Below, piece after piece: positions 53,301-64,000 of a stretch of DNA of 64,000 nucleotides. A program made the position numbers and the translations under genes. The stretch covers positions 4,340,001 to 4,404,000 of the forward strand of contig CM082590.2 in assembly GCA_040954595.2 (NCBI GenBank), written 5' to 3'. Each line of letters starts with the position of its first letter. Position 1 is the stretch's first letter. The DNA is from Balanoglossus misakiensis (Eukaryota; Animalia; Hemichordata). Below the pieces are notes generated by a model, which ran no database searches, was not told where the DNA came from, and saw nothing but the letters and a program-made list of their open reading frames with translations.

Positions 53301-56300
53301 ATCTATTTATATTCAGGTCCAGTATAATAAATAAAAAATGGCAAGCCCATCTTCTATTCCACACAAGAGGGCTCGACGGGATTGTTTTCTCGACTGTCAT
53401 GAATCCGACCATAAAGCAAGCCTCGTTACTCTACAAGATCACGCCTCCTGGATAACTTTGCTGAATACAGCTAACATACAAAAATACAAACCAATTCAGG
53501 ACCTCGCCATTGGTTTGGGCGAAGGTGAAATTCCTCAGGTGCAGTACCATCGGAAATGCCGAAGTCTCTTTACGATGAAAAAGGCTCTTGAATCTATCCT
53601 TTCTAAAGAGCAGTCGTCATCAACTGAGGGAACAAATACACTGGAACGTGAAAAGAGGTCGAGCATACAAGGGTCTCGGGTGTACGATCATATTTGCCTA
53701 TTTTGCTCCACCACCAAGTACATGAAGGGAAGTAGGACAAGAGCTCCTTTAGTTCGTTGTCAGCAATTGCGTACGGACAACACATTAAGGGAGGCAGCAA
53801 CAAGAAAAAATGACAGTAAAATTCGTGCACTTCTCAGTCGTGAGTTGGTTGCTGCTGAGGGTCACTATCTTAGAAAGTGTTATAGGGACTATACAAGGCC
53901 TGATATTCAAGCAGCGTAAGCAGGATTAGAGCAGATGTGGTGATGATACTTTCATGTGATTGTTTTTCTGCTGCAAGAAGTTCTTTTCTTACAGCATTGT
54001 ACTTCAGGTCAACAGTACCTTTATCTAGTGATGACGGATATACAAGCACCCTACCATTTACATCATCCAAAAAAATCAATGTCCCTTTGAATTCCGTATT
54101 TAGCGTATGCTGCAAGTTTTGTTGGTGGAATTGTTAACCTGTTTAACACCAAGTTGGAGCATTTTGGTAACTAACTTGTTTGATAGATCAGTCAGGGGAA
54201 CTACCTCAGGGTTTGTGAACAAATCATTTCTGATAAAAGAAAATAACTCTTCTTGAGCAATTTGCAGGACATCCTCATAACTAGTATCTTGATCATGTTG
54301 ACTTTCATCAACCTCCGTATGACTTGAACCTGCTCTATGATAGTGACCCTCAGCAGCAACCAACTCACGACTGAGAAGTGCACGAATTTTACTGTCATTT
54401 TTTCTTATTGCTGCCTCTCTTAATGTGTTGTCCGCACGCAATTGCTGACAACGAACTAAAGGAGCTCTTGTCCTACTTCCCTTCATGTACTTGGTGGTGG
54501 AGCAAAATATGCAAATATGATCGTACACCCGAGACCCTTGTATGCTCGACCTCTTTTCACGTTCCAGTGTATTTGTTCCCTCAGTTGATGACGACTGCTC
54601 TTTAGAAAGGATAGATTCAAGAGCCTTTTTCATCGTAAAGAGACTTCGGCATTTCCGATGGCACTGCACCTGAGGAATTTCACCTTCGCCCAAACCAATG
54701 GCGAGGTCCTGAATTGGTTTGTATTTTTGTATGTTAGCTGTATTCAGCAAAGTTATCCAGAAGGCGTGATCTTGTAGAGTGACGAGGAAGAAGTTCTTTT
54801 CTTACAGCATTGTACTTCAGGTCAACAGTACCTTTATCTAGTGATGACGGATATACAAGCACCCTACCATTTACATCATCCAAAAAAATCAATGTCCCTT
54901 TGAATTCCGTATTTAGCGTATGCTGCAAGTTTTGTTGGTGGAATTGTTAACCTGTTTAACACCAAGTTGGAGCATTTTGGTAACTAACTTGTTTGATAGA
55001 TCAGTCAGGGGAACTACCTCAGGGTTTGTGAACAAATCATTTCTGATAAAAGAAAATAACTCTTCTTGAGCAATTTGCAGGACATCCTCATAACTAGTAT
55101 CTTGATCATGTTGACTTTCATCAACCTCCATATGACTTGAACCTGCTCTATGATAGTGACCCTCAGCAGCAACCAACTCACGACTGAGAAGTGCATGAAT
55201 TTTACTGTCATTTTTTCTTATTGCTGCCTCTCTTAATGTGTTGTCCGCACGCAATTGCTGACAACGAACTAAAGGAGCTCTTGTCCTACTTCCCTTCATG
55301 TACTTGGTGGTGGAGCAAAATATGCAAATATGATCGTACACCCGAGACCCTTGTATGCTCGACCTCTTTTCACGTTCCAGTGTATTTGTTCCCTCAGTTG
55401 ATGACGACTGCTCTTTAGAAAGGATAGATTCAAGAGCCTTTTTCATCGTAAAGAGACTTCGGCATTTCCGATGGCACTGCACCTGAGGAATTTCACCTTC
55501 GCCCAAACCAATGGCGAGGTCCTGAATTGGTTTGTATTTTTGTATGTTAGCTGTATTCAGCAAAGTTATCCAGAAGGCGTGATCTTGTAGAGTGACGAGG
55601 CTTGCTTTATGGTCGGATTCATGACAGTCGAGAAAACAATCCCGTCGAGCCCTCTTGTGTGGAATAGAAGATGGGTTTGCCATTTTTTATTTATTATAGT
55701 GGACCTGAATATAAATAGATCATGCTCATATTGTGTTGAGGAAAAAAATAAGCAGATTTTTGAACCTTTGCTTGGCTTGTCATCTGCTGTGCCTGTACAC
55801 TGTAGGATGGTATCCAACAATAATACACAATCAGAGCTACAATGCTATAATGGCCCCTTCTCGTAGTATTGTTAGGAATCATCATACAAGTACAGTGCAC
55901 ATGAGCAGCATGCAAAGGTTCACAAATCTGCACATCCGTTCTCCTAAACACCATATGTGCATGATCAGTTGGGTGTATACTTACCTGTTAGATGGCCAAA
56001 CCTACCCCAAAATCCATGGGAATTGTTTGTTATTATCCAGTTTCTCTACTAATTTTTTTTCTGATTTTAATTGAATAATAAGGTCTTCAATTGGTCTGAA
56101 AAAAATCGTGTAGAGTATTTTATCTCATAAATGACATTTGAAGACTTGGGTTTAAAAAATTAATGCGGGAAATGTTCGTACCATAATTTTTCGAAATTAC
56201 CCAAATCTTGTGATCTTTTGACCTCTTTGACCCAAATTCCAAATAAAATTGCAACAAATACATATTACAATCGGTAGAGTGCTAAAAAACACACAATTTG

Positions 56301-59300
56301 AGAGGTAGATGACTGTTCTGGCTTTATTTTGACCGGAGTTACAACTACTTAAGTTTCCCCTACCCCAATATCAGGGTCTGAAGTCTTGTGCCATTCTTCC
56401 GTATCTCTGTATTTGTGTTTTTCTGATCGTAATTGAATAATAGTTTTTTTTATTGGTTTGAAATAGATTCTGGGAGAGTATTTTATCTTCTAAATGACAT
56501 TTAAAGACTTAAGTTCAAAAAAATCGTTCAAGAAATAGTCATACTACAAATGTTCAGAATGACCCAAATTTCATGACCTTTTGACCTCTATTGACCTCAA
56601 TTCAAAACGAATTACCACCAAAATATATTATATTGGCATAGTTCTAAAAAACACACAATTTGAGTGGTAGATGACTGTTCTGGGTTTATTTTTGCCGGAG
56701 TTACAAGAACTTAAGTTTCCCCTACCCTTAAATCTGAGTGGAAAATTGGATGTCTTTCTGTCGTTTCTCTTTATTTGTGTTTTTCTGGTCATAAATGAAT
56801 AATAAGGTTTTCTATTGGTTTGAAATAGATTCTGGGAGAGTATTTTATCTTGTAAATGACATTTGAAGACTTAAGTTTAAAAAAATCGTTCAAGAAATAG
56901 TCATACTACAAATTTTCAGAATGACCCAAATTTCATGACCTTTTGACCTCTACTGACCTCAATTCAAAACGAATTACCACCAAAATATATTATATTGGTA
57001 GAGTTCTAAAAAACACACAATTTGAGTGGTAAATGACTGTTCTGGCTTTAGTTTTGCTGGAGTTACAGCAATTTAAAGTTCCCCTACCCCCAAAATTTGG
57101 GTCGGAAATTTTTATGTTCTTATATTAGTTTTTGAGGGAAAAAATGCAGAAAGCTACTCGATAGGCAGGGCTATCACCCCAATTCATAATCTAGAGATAT
57201 AGGCCTTTCCAAAAAACCATATGAGGCTTTGTCCATCTTTCTGATACCAAATTCCTGTCTGGCCCATGGACTAATTCCAAAACAGGGTGACCTCCCCCAG
57301 GTCGAAGAAACTGACCATTCCCCTATTTCTTGATTTTTATGCCATTATTCTTTGGAGGTGTGGATAATTCATGCACGTGCAAAATATCTCTTCATGGGGA
57401 AAATGTGATTTTTTGTGAGTTTTGATCGCGAATAATAAAACATGGTGCAGACATTGCTGACAGGAAACCATTCCATCGGTGAAATTCTGATCACAAAACA
57501 CTGGAATTCCAACAAAATGAAAACAATGAACGATACGACAGTCCAGGATAACGACAACGGGCCCATAATGCACTACTGAGCACAAGATGTCTGACTTGTA
57601 ATTTTGTACAGAGGAAGAACTCGCTGGTGTTTAACCCCTCCCCCCCCCTCCCGTCTTGTACAGGAAGGCAGACGACAATAAACCATACGCTGAAAAGTGC
57701 TAGTAACCCAATAATTTTGCTTGACAAGTACAGGTAACTGTTCATTAGGGACCGTTCAGTTTTTACGGCAGGGGGGGGGGGCGGCAAGTTTGTGTCATCA
57801 GTTTTCAAAATCAGGCCGACCCCCCCTTCTTCGAGGACCAAAAAATGATGACCCCCCCCCTTTGACAGACCCAAAAATATGATGACCCCCCCCAAAAAAA
57901 AAACATTCGCCGTCCCGATCCTATGTAGACTGTATGCAATAAAGGGAATGAGGCTCCTCACATCTCAATTATAAATTTCTTAAAGTAATTGAAGTATATA
58001 ATAGTATATCGTTGCAATAAAGAAATCTATGAACAAATTAAAACGACAAGTCAATACAATAGTGCCGGGGCTGGGCGTGGGAGGGGGTGTCCCCCTCCCA
58101 CATAAGAAAATTTTGTAAAATACGGTGCTCAAAGTTGCATTTTAATGAACTCCAAAGCAAACTAACTCAATGTTAGGGAGGACAAATTTGAATTTTGCCA
58201 CTCCACTCAAAGTAGGCATCGGGGTGGGGTGGCAAGAAGTCTGCCCTGGTACACTAGACAAACCAGCGAATAAATGCATGGAGGGGGTGGGTAGAAAATT
58301 TTGCAAAATAAAGGGCGCGAAACTGCAATTTAGTGGACTCAAAAGCACAAGTTCGGTGGCAAAAGTATGTGACCCCCCCTAAACGTTTAAAAAAACCAGA
58401 TGACCCCCCCCCCCCTTTAGGACTTCAAAATTTAAGTGACCCCCCCCCTGGATTTTGCCGCCCCCCCCCCCCCGGCCGTAAAAACTGAACGGTCCCTTAG
58501 TACTAAAAAAACTGATGCATGGTGTACCTTAATCTGACGTTGAATTGGGATTAAAGCGTTCATTAGCAACGTCTTCACTATGGTATATTTGTGTCATGAG
58601 TTTTGGAACAAACATTCTGTGATGAAATTATTGTTTATAAGTCAGTAAATATCACAACTTTATGTTTACACACGCACCGATTTAATTGCATTTATTTTGG
58701 GGTTACAACAAATATGTCTTCTTGGAGAGAGAGTCGATGTATAAACGTCGATGGGATAAATATTCATTGCTTTTTGTTCTTCCAAACTTAAGCGAGGGGT
58801 TTGGGTTAAATGAAAATAGTTGCATTTGACATGCCTCACGTCATGCATTATTTTCGTGATTTTACTATCAAAATTCGGTTGGTTCATTTTTAAAAGTTTA
58901 CTCGTGAGTATGCACACATGTATCATCAACCTGTCGTGTCGTCTGTCGGCAAAGGATACGGAGAAGATTGAGTCAGCTCATGGGGAATTAATAATTATCC
59001 ACGACCCCTTATGACCAACGCTATGCATGCGTCACCTTGAATGAACTCATTTCGGGTCAAAGGTTATAATTTGATTTGGCGTCAATCTGACTGCCCCATA
59101 TAGAGACACATTGCTAGATATGGTTACAAAGGCCTAACACAGACATGGATTTCAATGGGTGTTTTATCTAAAGCTAGAACTCGCTCATAAAATTGTGTTT
59201 ACTTGGGACTTGCTCAACCGGTAAAATTATTTTTGAAAAATATCGTTCAATGGAGACTTGGACTTGTGAATGGAAAACATTGTGATTAGGCCAGAGAGAA

Positions 59301-60078
59301 AAAAAAATCTTGTTTTTTGGACCAATTTCCAGGAGCGGCGAGCGAATATTTTTTTTTTTAGGCTGAAGGTAAATGCGGTTCTCTGGCATATTTGCACAGA
59401 TGCAGACAGGGCGAGATAATTGTTTCCCTTTTTACCAGAAATATCTCAGACAAAAACACTGATACATGTACTTGTAACTGAATTCAATATTATATTTCCC
59501 AACAATAACATAGGCAATTAACTTTACAGTTGGTGTTTGCACAACATATTCTGGCCACCAGCGGCAGTGACTAAGAATTTTGTAACACGGAAGTAGAATA
59601 TTTGCCGAGATCCAAAAAAAAAAAATTTCCAAATTAGCCAAAAGTAGAAGCGGCGATTCCGATGAACAATTTATTTTTTCTTCCTGGCCTTAGTGTGACT
59701 TTTTTGTCAACTGGGTAATTGTTTATTTATGAATGCACTATCTAGCAATACACACAAACACTAGAAGTTTCTACATTTTCCGTGTGTCGATCGGGCAAGC
59801 TGACCCGTTGAAAAATAAAAGAAACCTATTAGGCACCGACTAGCCACAAGTCTAAACGTAACCGTCACGTGTTTTGTGACCAAAATGTCTGGTTAAATTT
59901 ACGTGCATGGGGTTGAGGGGAGAAATTTTGAACAACAGTCCTCAGTCCACAAAACAAACAAAATGTAAACCACTCATAAAAACAGCCGTCGTACGCGTCA
60001 CTGCCAGAAATGTGAAATGTCAGTTGCTACAGTTAAGAGTTCACTTACCCGTGGATTCTTAGCGTCTCCAGAAGCCAT
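40327..60078 (-). CDS. Roco-family protein (ankyrin repeats, Roc GTPase, COR, death-like domain); DAPK1-like without a kinase domain, about 827 aa
   Basis: Exons: 60078-60049 (MASGDAKNPR); 50893-50795, 50015-49917, 48626-48528 (three 99 bp ankyrin exons); 46495-46439 (GKTPLDVA); 45501-45373 (P-loop GFGGVGKT); 44696-44403 (TPGID, DFAGQCEYYVTH); 43704-43557 (LIASRAD); 43152-43004; 42456-42271 (YLDSIGE); 41520-40327 (VLDGQWLC, GLFPRLQ, IWKNG; death-like DYKALADILG..RPDA). All splice phases are compatible. Confidence 0.88.
41660..42130. repeat. (TATG)n / (GGAT)n microsatellite in a Roco intron
   Basis: About 400 bp of tatg repeats with ggat flanks. Confidence 0.95.
44340..44386. repeat. (TG)n microsatellite
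   Basis: Pure tg run directly beyond the donor site of the Roc exon. Confidence 0.95.
44771..45118. mobile_element. Kolobok-type palindromic MITE
   Basis: ttaa|agggacaaagtctctctc ... gagagagactttgtccct|ttaa; long imperfect inverted arms. Confidence 0.8.
45655..46000. mobile_element. Kolobok-type palindromic MITE (same family as 44771)
   Basis: ttaa|atggacaaaatctctc ... agactttgtccct|ttaa; internal sequence homologous to 44771-45118. Confidence 0.75.
48158..49003. repeat. ~310 bp direct repeat pair (48158-48471 and 48702-49003) flanking an ankyrin exon
   Basis: taagcatgcactg...cattcatttgtgagatggcacaacatgttttgccga...ctcaaactgacaatgat present twice, about 545 bp apart. Confidence 0.85.
53338..53919 (+). 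pseudogene. Truncated Academ transposase N-terminus (left arm)
   Basis: SWITLLNTA..YHRKCRSLFTMKK..CLFC..KY..ALLSRELVAAEGHYLRKCYRDYTR, then an abrupt strand switch at about 53914. Confidence 0.7.
53915..55683 (-). pseudogene. Academ transposase N-terminal fragments (right arm) with an 813 bp tandem duplication
   Basis: ORFs 54913..55683 and 54100..54750 are near-identical and 813 bp apart; a frameshifted continuation lies in 53870..54115. Confidence 0.7.
57748..58496. mobile_element. PIF/Harbinger-like MITE
   Basis: tta|gggaccgttcagtttttacggc ... gccgtaaaaactgaacggtccc|tta: 22 bp perfect TIR, TTA TSD. Confidence 0.8.
59289..59689. mobile_element. PIF/Harbinger-like MITE
   Basis: tta|ggccagagagaaaaaaa ... 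ttttttcttcctggcc|tta. Confidence 0.6.
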
Positions 60079-60340
60079 GGTTACGTCATTGACATTGTGT
60101 TGGAATACTTTAAGAATCTGGATCTGTACCACCGCTTTAGAGTTGAACAAGTCAGCTTCACAAATGTTCTATAATGGCGGCGTCGCCTCCCTGGTCAGGT
60201 GATGTTGACAACAAGTTGGGGAAAACCCCGATAAATAAGGAAGTACACTACAAAGTAAAATAATGACAAGAGTTGGTTCAAAGTTCATGACGCCATAAAG
60301 TGTGGCATATACACTTCAATACTGTGGTGACGTCACAGCA
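60079..60340 (-). promoter_or_regulatory. Putative Roco promoter with NF-kB, ETS and CRE motifs
   Basis: GGGGTTTTCCCC (60218-60229, minus strand, fits GGGRNNYYCC); AGGAAGT (60238-60244); TGACGTCA (60328-60335); TTACGTCA (60081-60088). All lie within about 260 bp of the ATG. Confidence 0.45.
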
Positions 60341-62101
60341 GAATTCCTAGATTTCTGTTTAAATCACTAAACTAGTTGGCACCAACAATTTGAATATTTA
60401 TGTTTCATGACAGTACGAGCAGTGGAATGGAGTGGCCTATTCCCACTTCACAAGCTTAAGTACAGGACATAGTCTTGCTTTGCAGACACTTCTCGCTTCA
60501 CTAGTTCGCCACTGGCGGTGTGAGAAGCCAAAAATGTCTGGGAAGAACACAGTTGCATGAGGATTGTGTTGAGTTTATACGACAATCGCGTATGACACTT
60601 TTCTGTGTCATAGGCGATCGACGTGTTATACAATTCAACCCCCATGCGACTGTGGGGGAGAATCACTGCATTCCATTGTGATGACGTACTCACAAGACAG
60701 GCAATGAATTCATGCAATTACAAAGGACCCTTGACCTAGTTGGCTTTCAGTCAATGCGTGATGTGCCAGACAGTATGTGACTGACCGACAGGCCCCATCG
60801 AAGTTGACAGCCCAGTGCAGTATAAGATATCATATACATGTACTGTGCTGTCAACTACAGCAGTGTCTGTAATCATGTGATTGTGAGTGAATATCATTGC
60901 ATATCTACGACTTCATTTACAATTGAGGATTTTGTTTCGTTTGTCAGTTGTGGGTGATTTCCTGTTAGTGTTGAGAAATTTAGTATTTCCCGTCTTCGCA
61001 AATTGGCATATTTTTCCAATATGTAGCATTATAGCCAAATACGGCATTCTTGCCGACTGTGTCTTTAAATTTGGAATTGTTGCATGAGAGATTGAAAATC
61101 AGAGTATATTATATAAAAATGAACCCACTCTCATACACTCAATTTTAAGTGGGCAATGACCTTTAATGTACTGTGCATTAAAATAAAAGATAGAATTCAT
61201 AAGATATACAATTGGTAAAGCTTTTCTCAAATATATTTCAAGTGACCATCCAAATTAAATCTATAAACTCAAAAATCTCAGGTAGAATGAAGCTGAAGCA
61301 AGTGCTGACAATTAATGATTTATCTCAAACTTATATTTTTAATCATTTCATCACCATGGTTTAGCTTCAATTAATTGTCTTCTAGAGTAAAATTGGACCT
61401 CTATAGAAGGAAATTGGGTTGAAAGAATTAAGGTAGTCTTGTACCTTGAAAATAAAGTCTTAAATTTAGACCCAAAAAATTGTGTTATGGTGCAAATTTT
61501 AAATGAGAGAACAAGACTAAGTCAAGTTTGAAATTCATAGTGGCCACCAATGTCAGTGTAAGCTCAATAGAGAATAGTTGAAGAAGTGATTTTTATGAAA
61601 ACGTACCTGATTTCTTGATAGAGCTGTTTAGAGAATTACTGCTCTAACAATTTTTAATTTGAGACAATTTTATCATGCAACTTTTACGGTGAATAATTAA
61701 CTTTTTTTTAAATTTTGAGTATTCAGGTAAATATGAACTCAATTTTCAGACTGAATTTGAAGGTGCATGTTAAAACCAAACATGAGAAGCAAGTGGGAAT
61801 AGTTCATGTCTTGTATTGCAATAATTTGGCGGCCCATGTTCCACTCGGGAGAAAAAATGCCAACAAAGGAGACACACATATACACAAAAGGTTGCAAAAG
61901 TAAACGATTTATTTTAAAAACATAAAGGATTAAAAGACACAAAAATCCTTCTGGCAGTGAAGAAGCAGTAAAAGATTCAATTCTCAAGTCTTCATTAAAA
62001 GAGATCTAAAATCTGCAGTTGATGAAACTGCATTGCAAAGGATTGGTAAAATTTGTAATATTCATATCCAAGACAAGGTCATACATCGAAAACACATTTA
62101 A

Positions 62102-62175
62102 CCCTTTCACCCCTTCAAAGGTTCAACCCCACATAGAAAACAACAGGTTTGGACTGAACCATTGTGGTGAAAGGG
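62102..62175. mobile_element. Tiny piggyBac-like MITE
   Basis: ttaa|ccctttcacc ... ggtgaaaggg; the right TSD is degenerate. Confidence 0.4.
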
Positions 62176-63014
62176 TACAAAGCACCCCAGTTTCCACAAA
62201 ACATCCATTGTAATCTATGAAAATCAACAAGATTTCATTGGCAGGCTCCTGTAAGCTTTGCAGACTGTTACTTTAAAATTCTCGTTTATAAAAATGGACT
62301 TGCAGGGCAATCACACGCTGACCATCAAATTCAGTGTAACTTTCATTAAGGATGTACAACTGATAAAAGTGAAAGTATTGTCATTTTTATGGTGGATTTT
62401 AAGTTGCCCAGGCTTTTCTAAGTGTACCAAAAATCTGTAACAAAATATAGGGGTCACCGTGCTTGTTTTTGAAATACAAAGCTGTGAATTTAGTCAAACT
62501 TAAAAACAGCTGAGTAATTTTTTTTACCAATGGGTGTCTATGGGCCGAAAAAAGTTATTTCAAAATTGAGTGTGTGCATGGTGACCACAATATTTTGTTT
62601 GAGTTCTGATTTTAATTTCCATGAAATGACGATAGTAAAAGCGCGTTATCTGGTAATTCTCAATGAAATCCTCTGGGAGAGACATACATGTATTCCTTTT
62701 GCTCCAAGTGTGCGTATGTCCTTAACTGACTATCAGCACCAATGCTACAATAGAACAGAAGTTTATGGTTAGAAATTGAGCATTTCAGACCCTAATTGCT
62801 CTAGCCCTGGACTGGTCATTAATTCAAAAGGTATTGAAAACTATAAGTATATTGTCTATAAACACCGAGAAATTGACAACTAACAATGTTTCAGAGACCA
62901 AAAATAGATTTAAGGGGACCACTTCCTTGCAAGGCTGGTTCATTTAAAGTCCCAAATTGCTGCTATTTCGTGCAATATTTTCGATTTACTTCAAACTGTG
63001 AACAGGCCATTTAA

Positions 63015-63967
63015 AGGGTCAATGTCTCTCCCTCACTGCCATTTTTCCATCAATTATGTTTGATATAAGACGCCGTTTATATTAAAGTAAATGTGTATAT
63101 GTAGTGAATGAATGTTCGACCACACACACCTTCCATCCCACTTGCATGATATGAGAGTAAAATTTGGCCCAAAATGAATAAATGGTAGAGAACGATTACT
63201 CATTTTGGTCAATTTTTTCACTCCTGTGTCTACAAGCGGGATGGAAGGTGTATGTCCTGTTTGTAGGATGAGAGTAAAAATGTCACCAAAATGAATAAAT
63301 GGTAAACACCGATTATTCATTTTATCGAGTGTTTCACTCTGCTCGTGTGAGTTGTGTGTGGAAGTTCTTTCGATTTTGTTGATCAACTGAAATGAATTTC
63401 ATTTGGCCACGCTATGTATGCCATCCCCACAAGTCTCGAGGATGTACTGTTACTCAGGGGTCATGAAAGTGGCCTATTCAATTTACTGACACTGTAATGC
63501 AATGCAAGTGAATGGGCGTATTCATCTGTACGTTTCAGTTCAAAACTTCTACAACCAGATACACAGGGACTTACCTCCATACGGACCACCGCTCTGACGA
63601 CCACCGCCACCGTAACCACCAGAACTACCACCGCTGCCCCTCATTGGTCCATAATTTGACTGTCCACTGGCATAATTGCTTCCAAAGTCATTGTAGTTTC
63701 CACCACTGTTGCTATACCCTTTCATTTAGGAAAAAAACAATAGAAATGCATTATCATAACAATACCTTGAATTGTTTTACCTGTTGAAAAAACTCGAGAA
63801 AATGAATATCAGTCTCTAAAATTTATGCATTTTGGACCAGATTTTACTCTCATATCATACAAGTGGGATGGAAGTTGTGTGTGGTTGAACGTTCATTCAT
63901 TACATATACACATGTACATTAACATAAACAGTGTATTGTATCAAAAAAGGGCAGAGACTTTGTCCCT
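63015..63967. mobile_element. Kolobok-type MITE (44771 family) with ~445 bp of unrelated sequence between its arms
   Basis: ttaa|agggtcaatgtctctc ... gagactttgtccct|ttaa; arms ~63015-63340 and ~63785-63967 match the 44771 family. Confidence 0.65.
63575..63718 (-). CDS. Single hnRNP A/B-family Gly-rich exon with an M9 PY-NLS (orphan or captured exon)
   Basis: 144 bp phase-1/phase-1 exon (AG acceptor, GTAAGT donor) encoding GYSNSGGNYNDFGSNYASGQSNYGPMRGSGGSSGGYGGGGRQSGGPYG; compare hnRNP A1 [26 protein letters not shown]. Confidence 0.7.
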
Positions 63968-64000
63968 TTAATGTTCAGTCAATCTAGACAAGAGGGACCC

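Larger units (their letters stand above)
51739..57273. mobile_element. Academ (AcademX-like) derived fold-back element: two 5' halves in inverted orientation, 3 bp TSD
   Basis: att|TAGTCCATGGGCCAG ... CTGGCCCATGGACTA|att; inverted arms of about 2.1 kb, each with three ~360 bp sub-terminal repeats and the transposase N-terminus. Confidence 0.8.
51621..57322. mobile_element. Short PIF/Harbinger-like MITE split by the Academ insertion (halves 51621-51738 and 57274-57322)
   Basis: tta|gggactggtcagtttct ... agaaactgaccattccc|cta; TIR related to the MITE at 57748. Confidence 0.6.

Noticed and set aside
222-60078. Functional link between RAG1L and the Roco gene (somatic diversification of ankyrin exons)
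   Set aside because: No RSS-like signals around the ankyrin exons; proximity in a TE-rich region is not evidence.
61428-62725. Possible larger TTAA-flanked Kolobok element (ttaagg...ccttaa)
   Set aside because: Ends match only weakly; could be two unrelated decayed repeats.

Overview
Eukaryotic (animal) genomic DNA: AT-rich, GT-AG introns, TE-rich. It is probably a marine invertebrate deuterostome, possibly a hemichordate, which is an inference from the repeat and gene content. Left to right: (1) a multi-exon RAG1-like/Transib-superfamily DDE transposase gene on the minus strand (222-4938; 9 exons with compatible splice phases; RAG1-type Cys/His N-terminal domain, RING and ZnA fused to a divergent core; 3' end runs off the left edge), with a candidate CAC terminus at 5589; (2) a ~26 kb satellite of ~130 bp monomers (5590-31500) with higher-order repeats, a 548 bp hairpin-ended insertion with a 9 bp TSD, and two copies of a Tc1/mariner-type MITE; (3) a broken PHD-finger Academ (AcademHP/DUF6589-like) transposase interrupted by a Helentron-associated element; (4) an 11-exon kinase-less ankyrin-Roc-COR-death-domain (DAPK-like Roco) gene (40327-60078, minus) whose introns hold MITEs and a 5.5 kb fold-back Academ derivative; (5) a Kolobok-type MITE that appears to carry an hnRNP A/B M9 exon. 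Most short ORFs in the supplied track are artefacts of repeats. All assignments come from reading motifs by eye; no searches were run.
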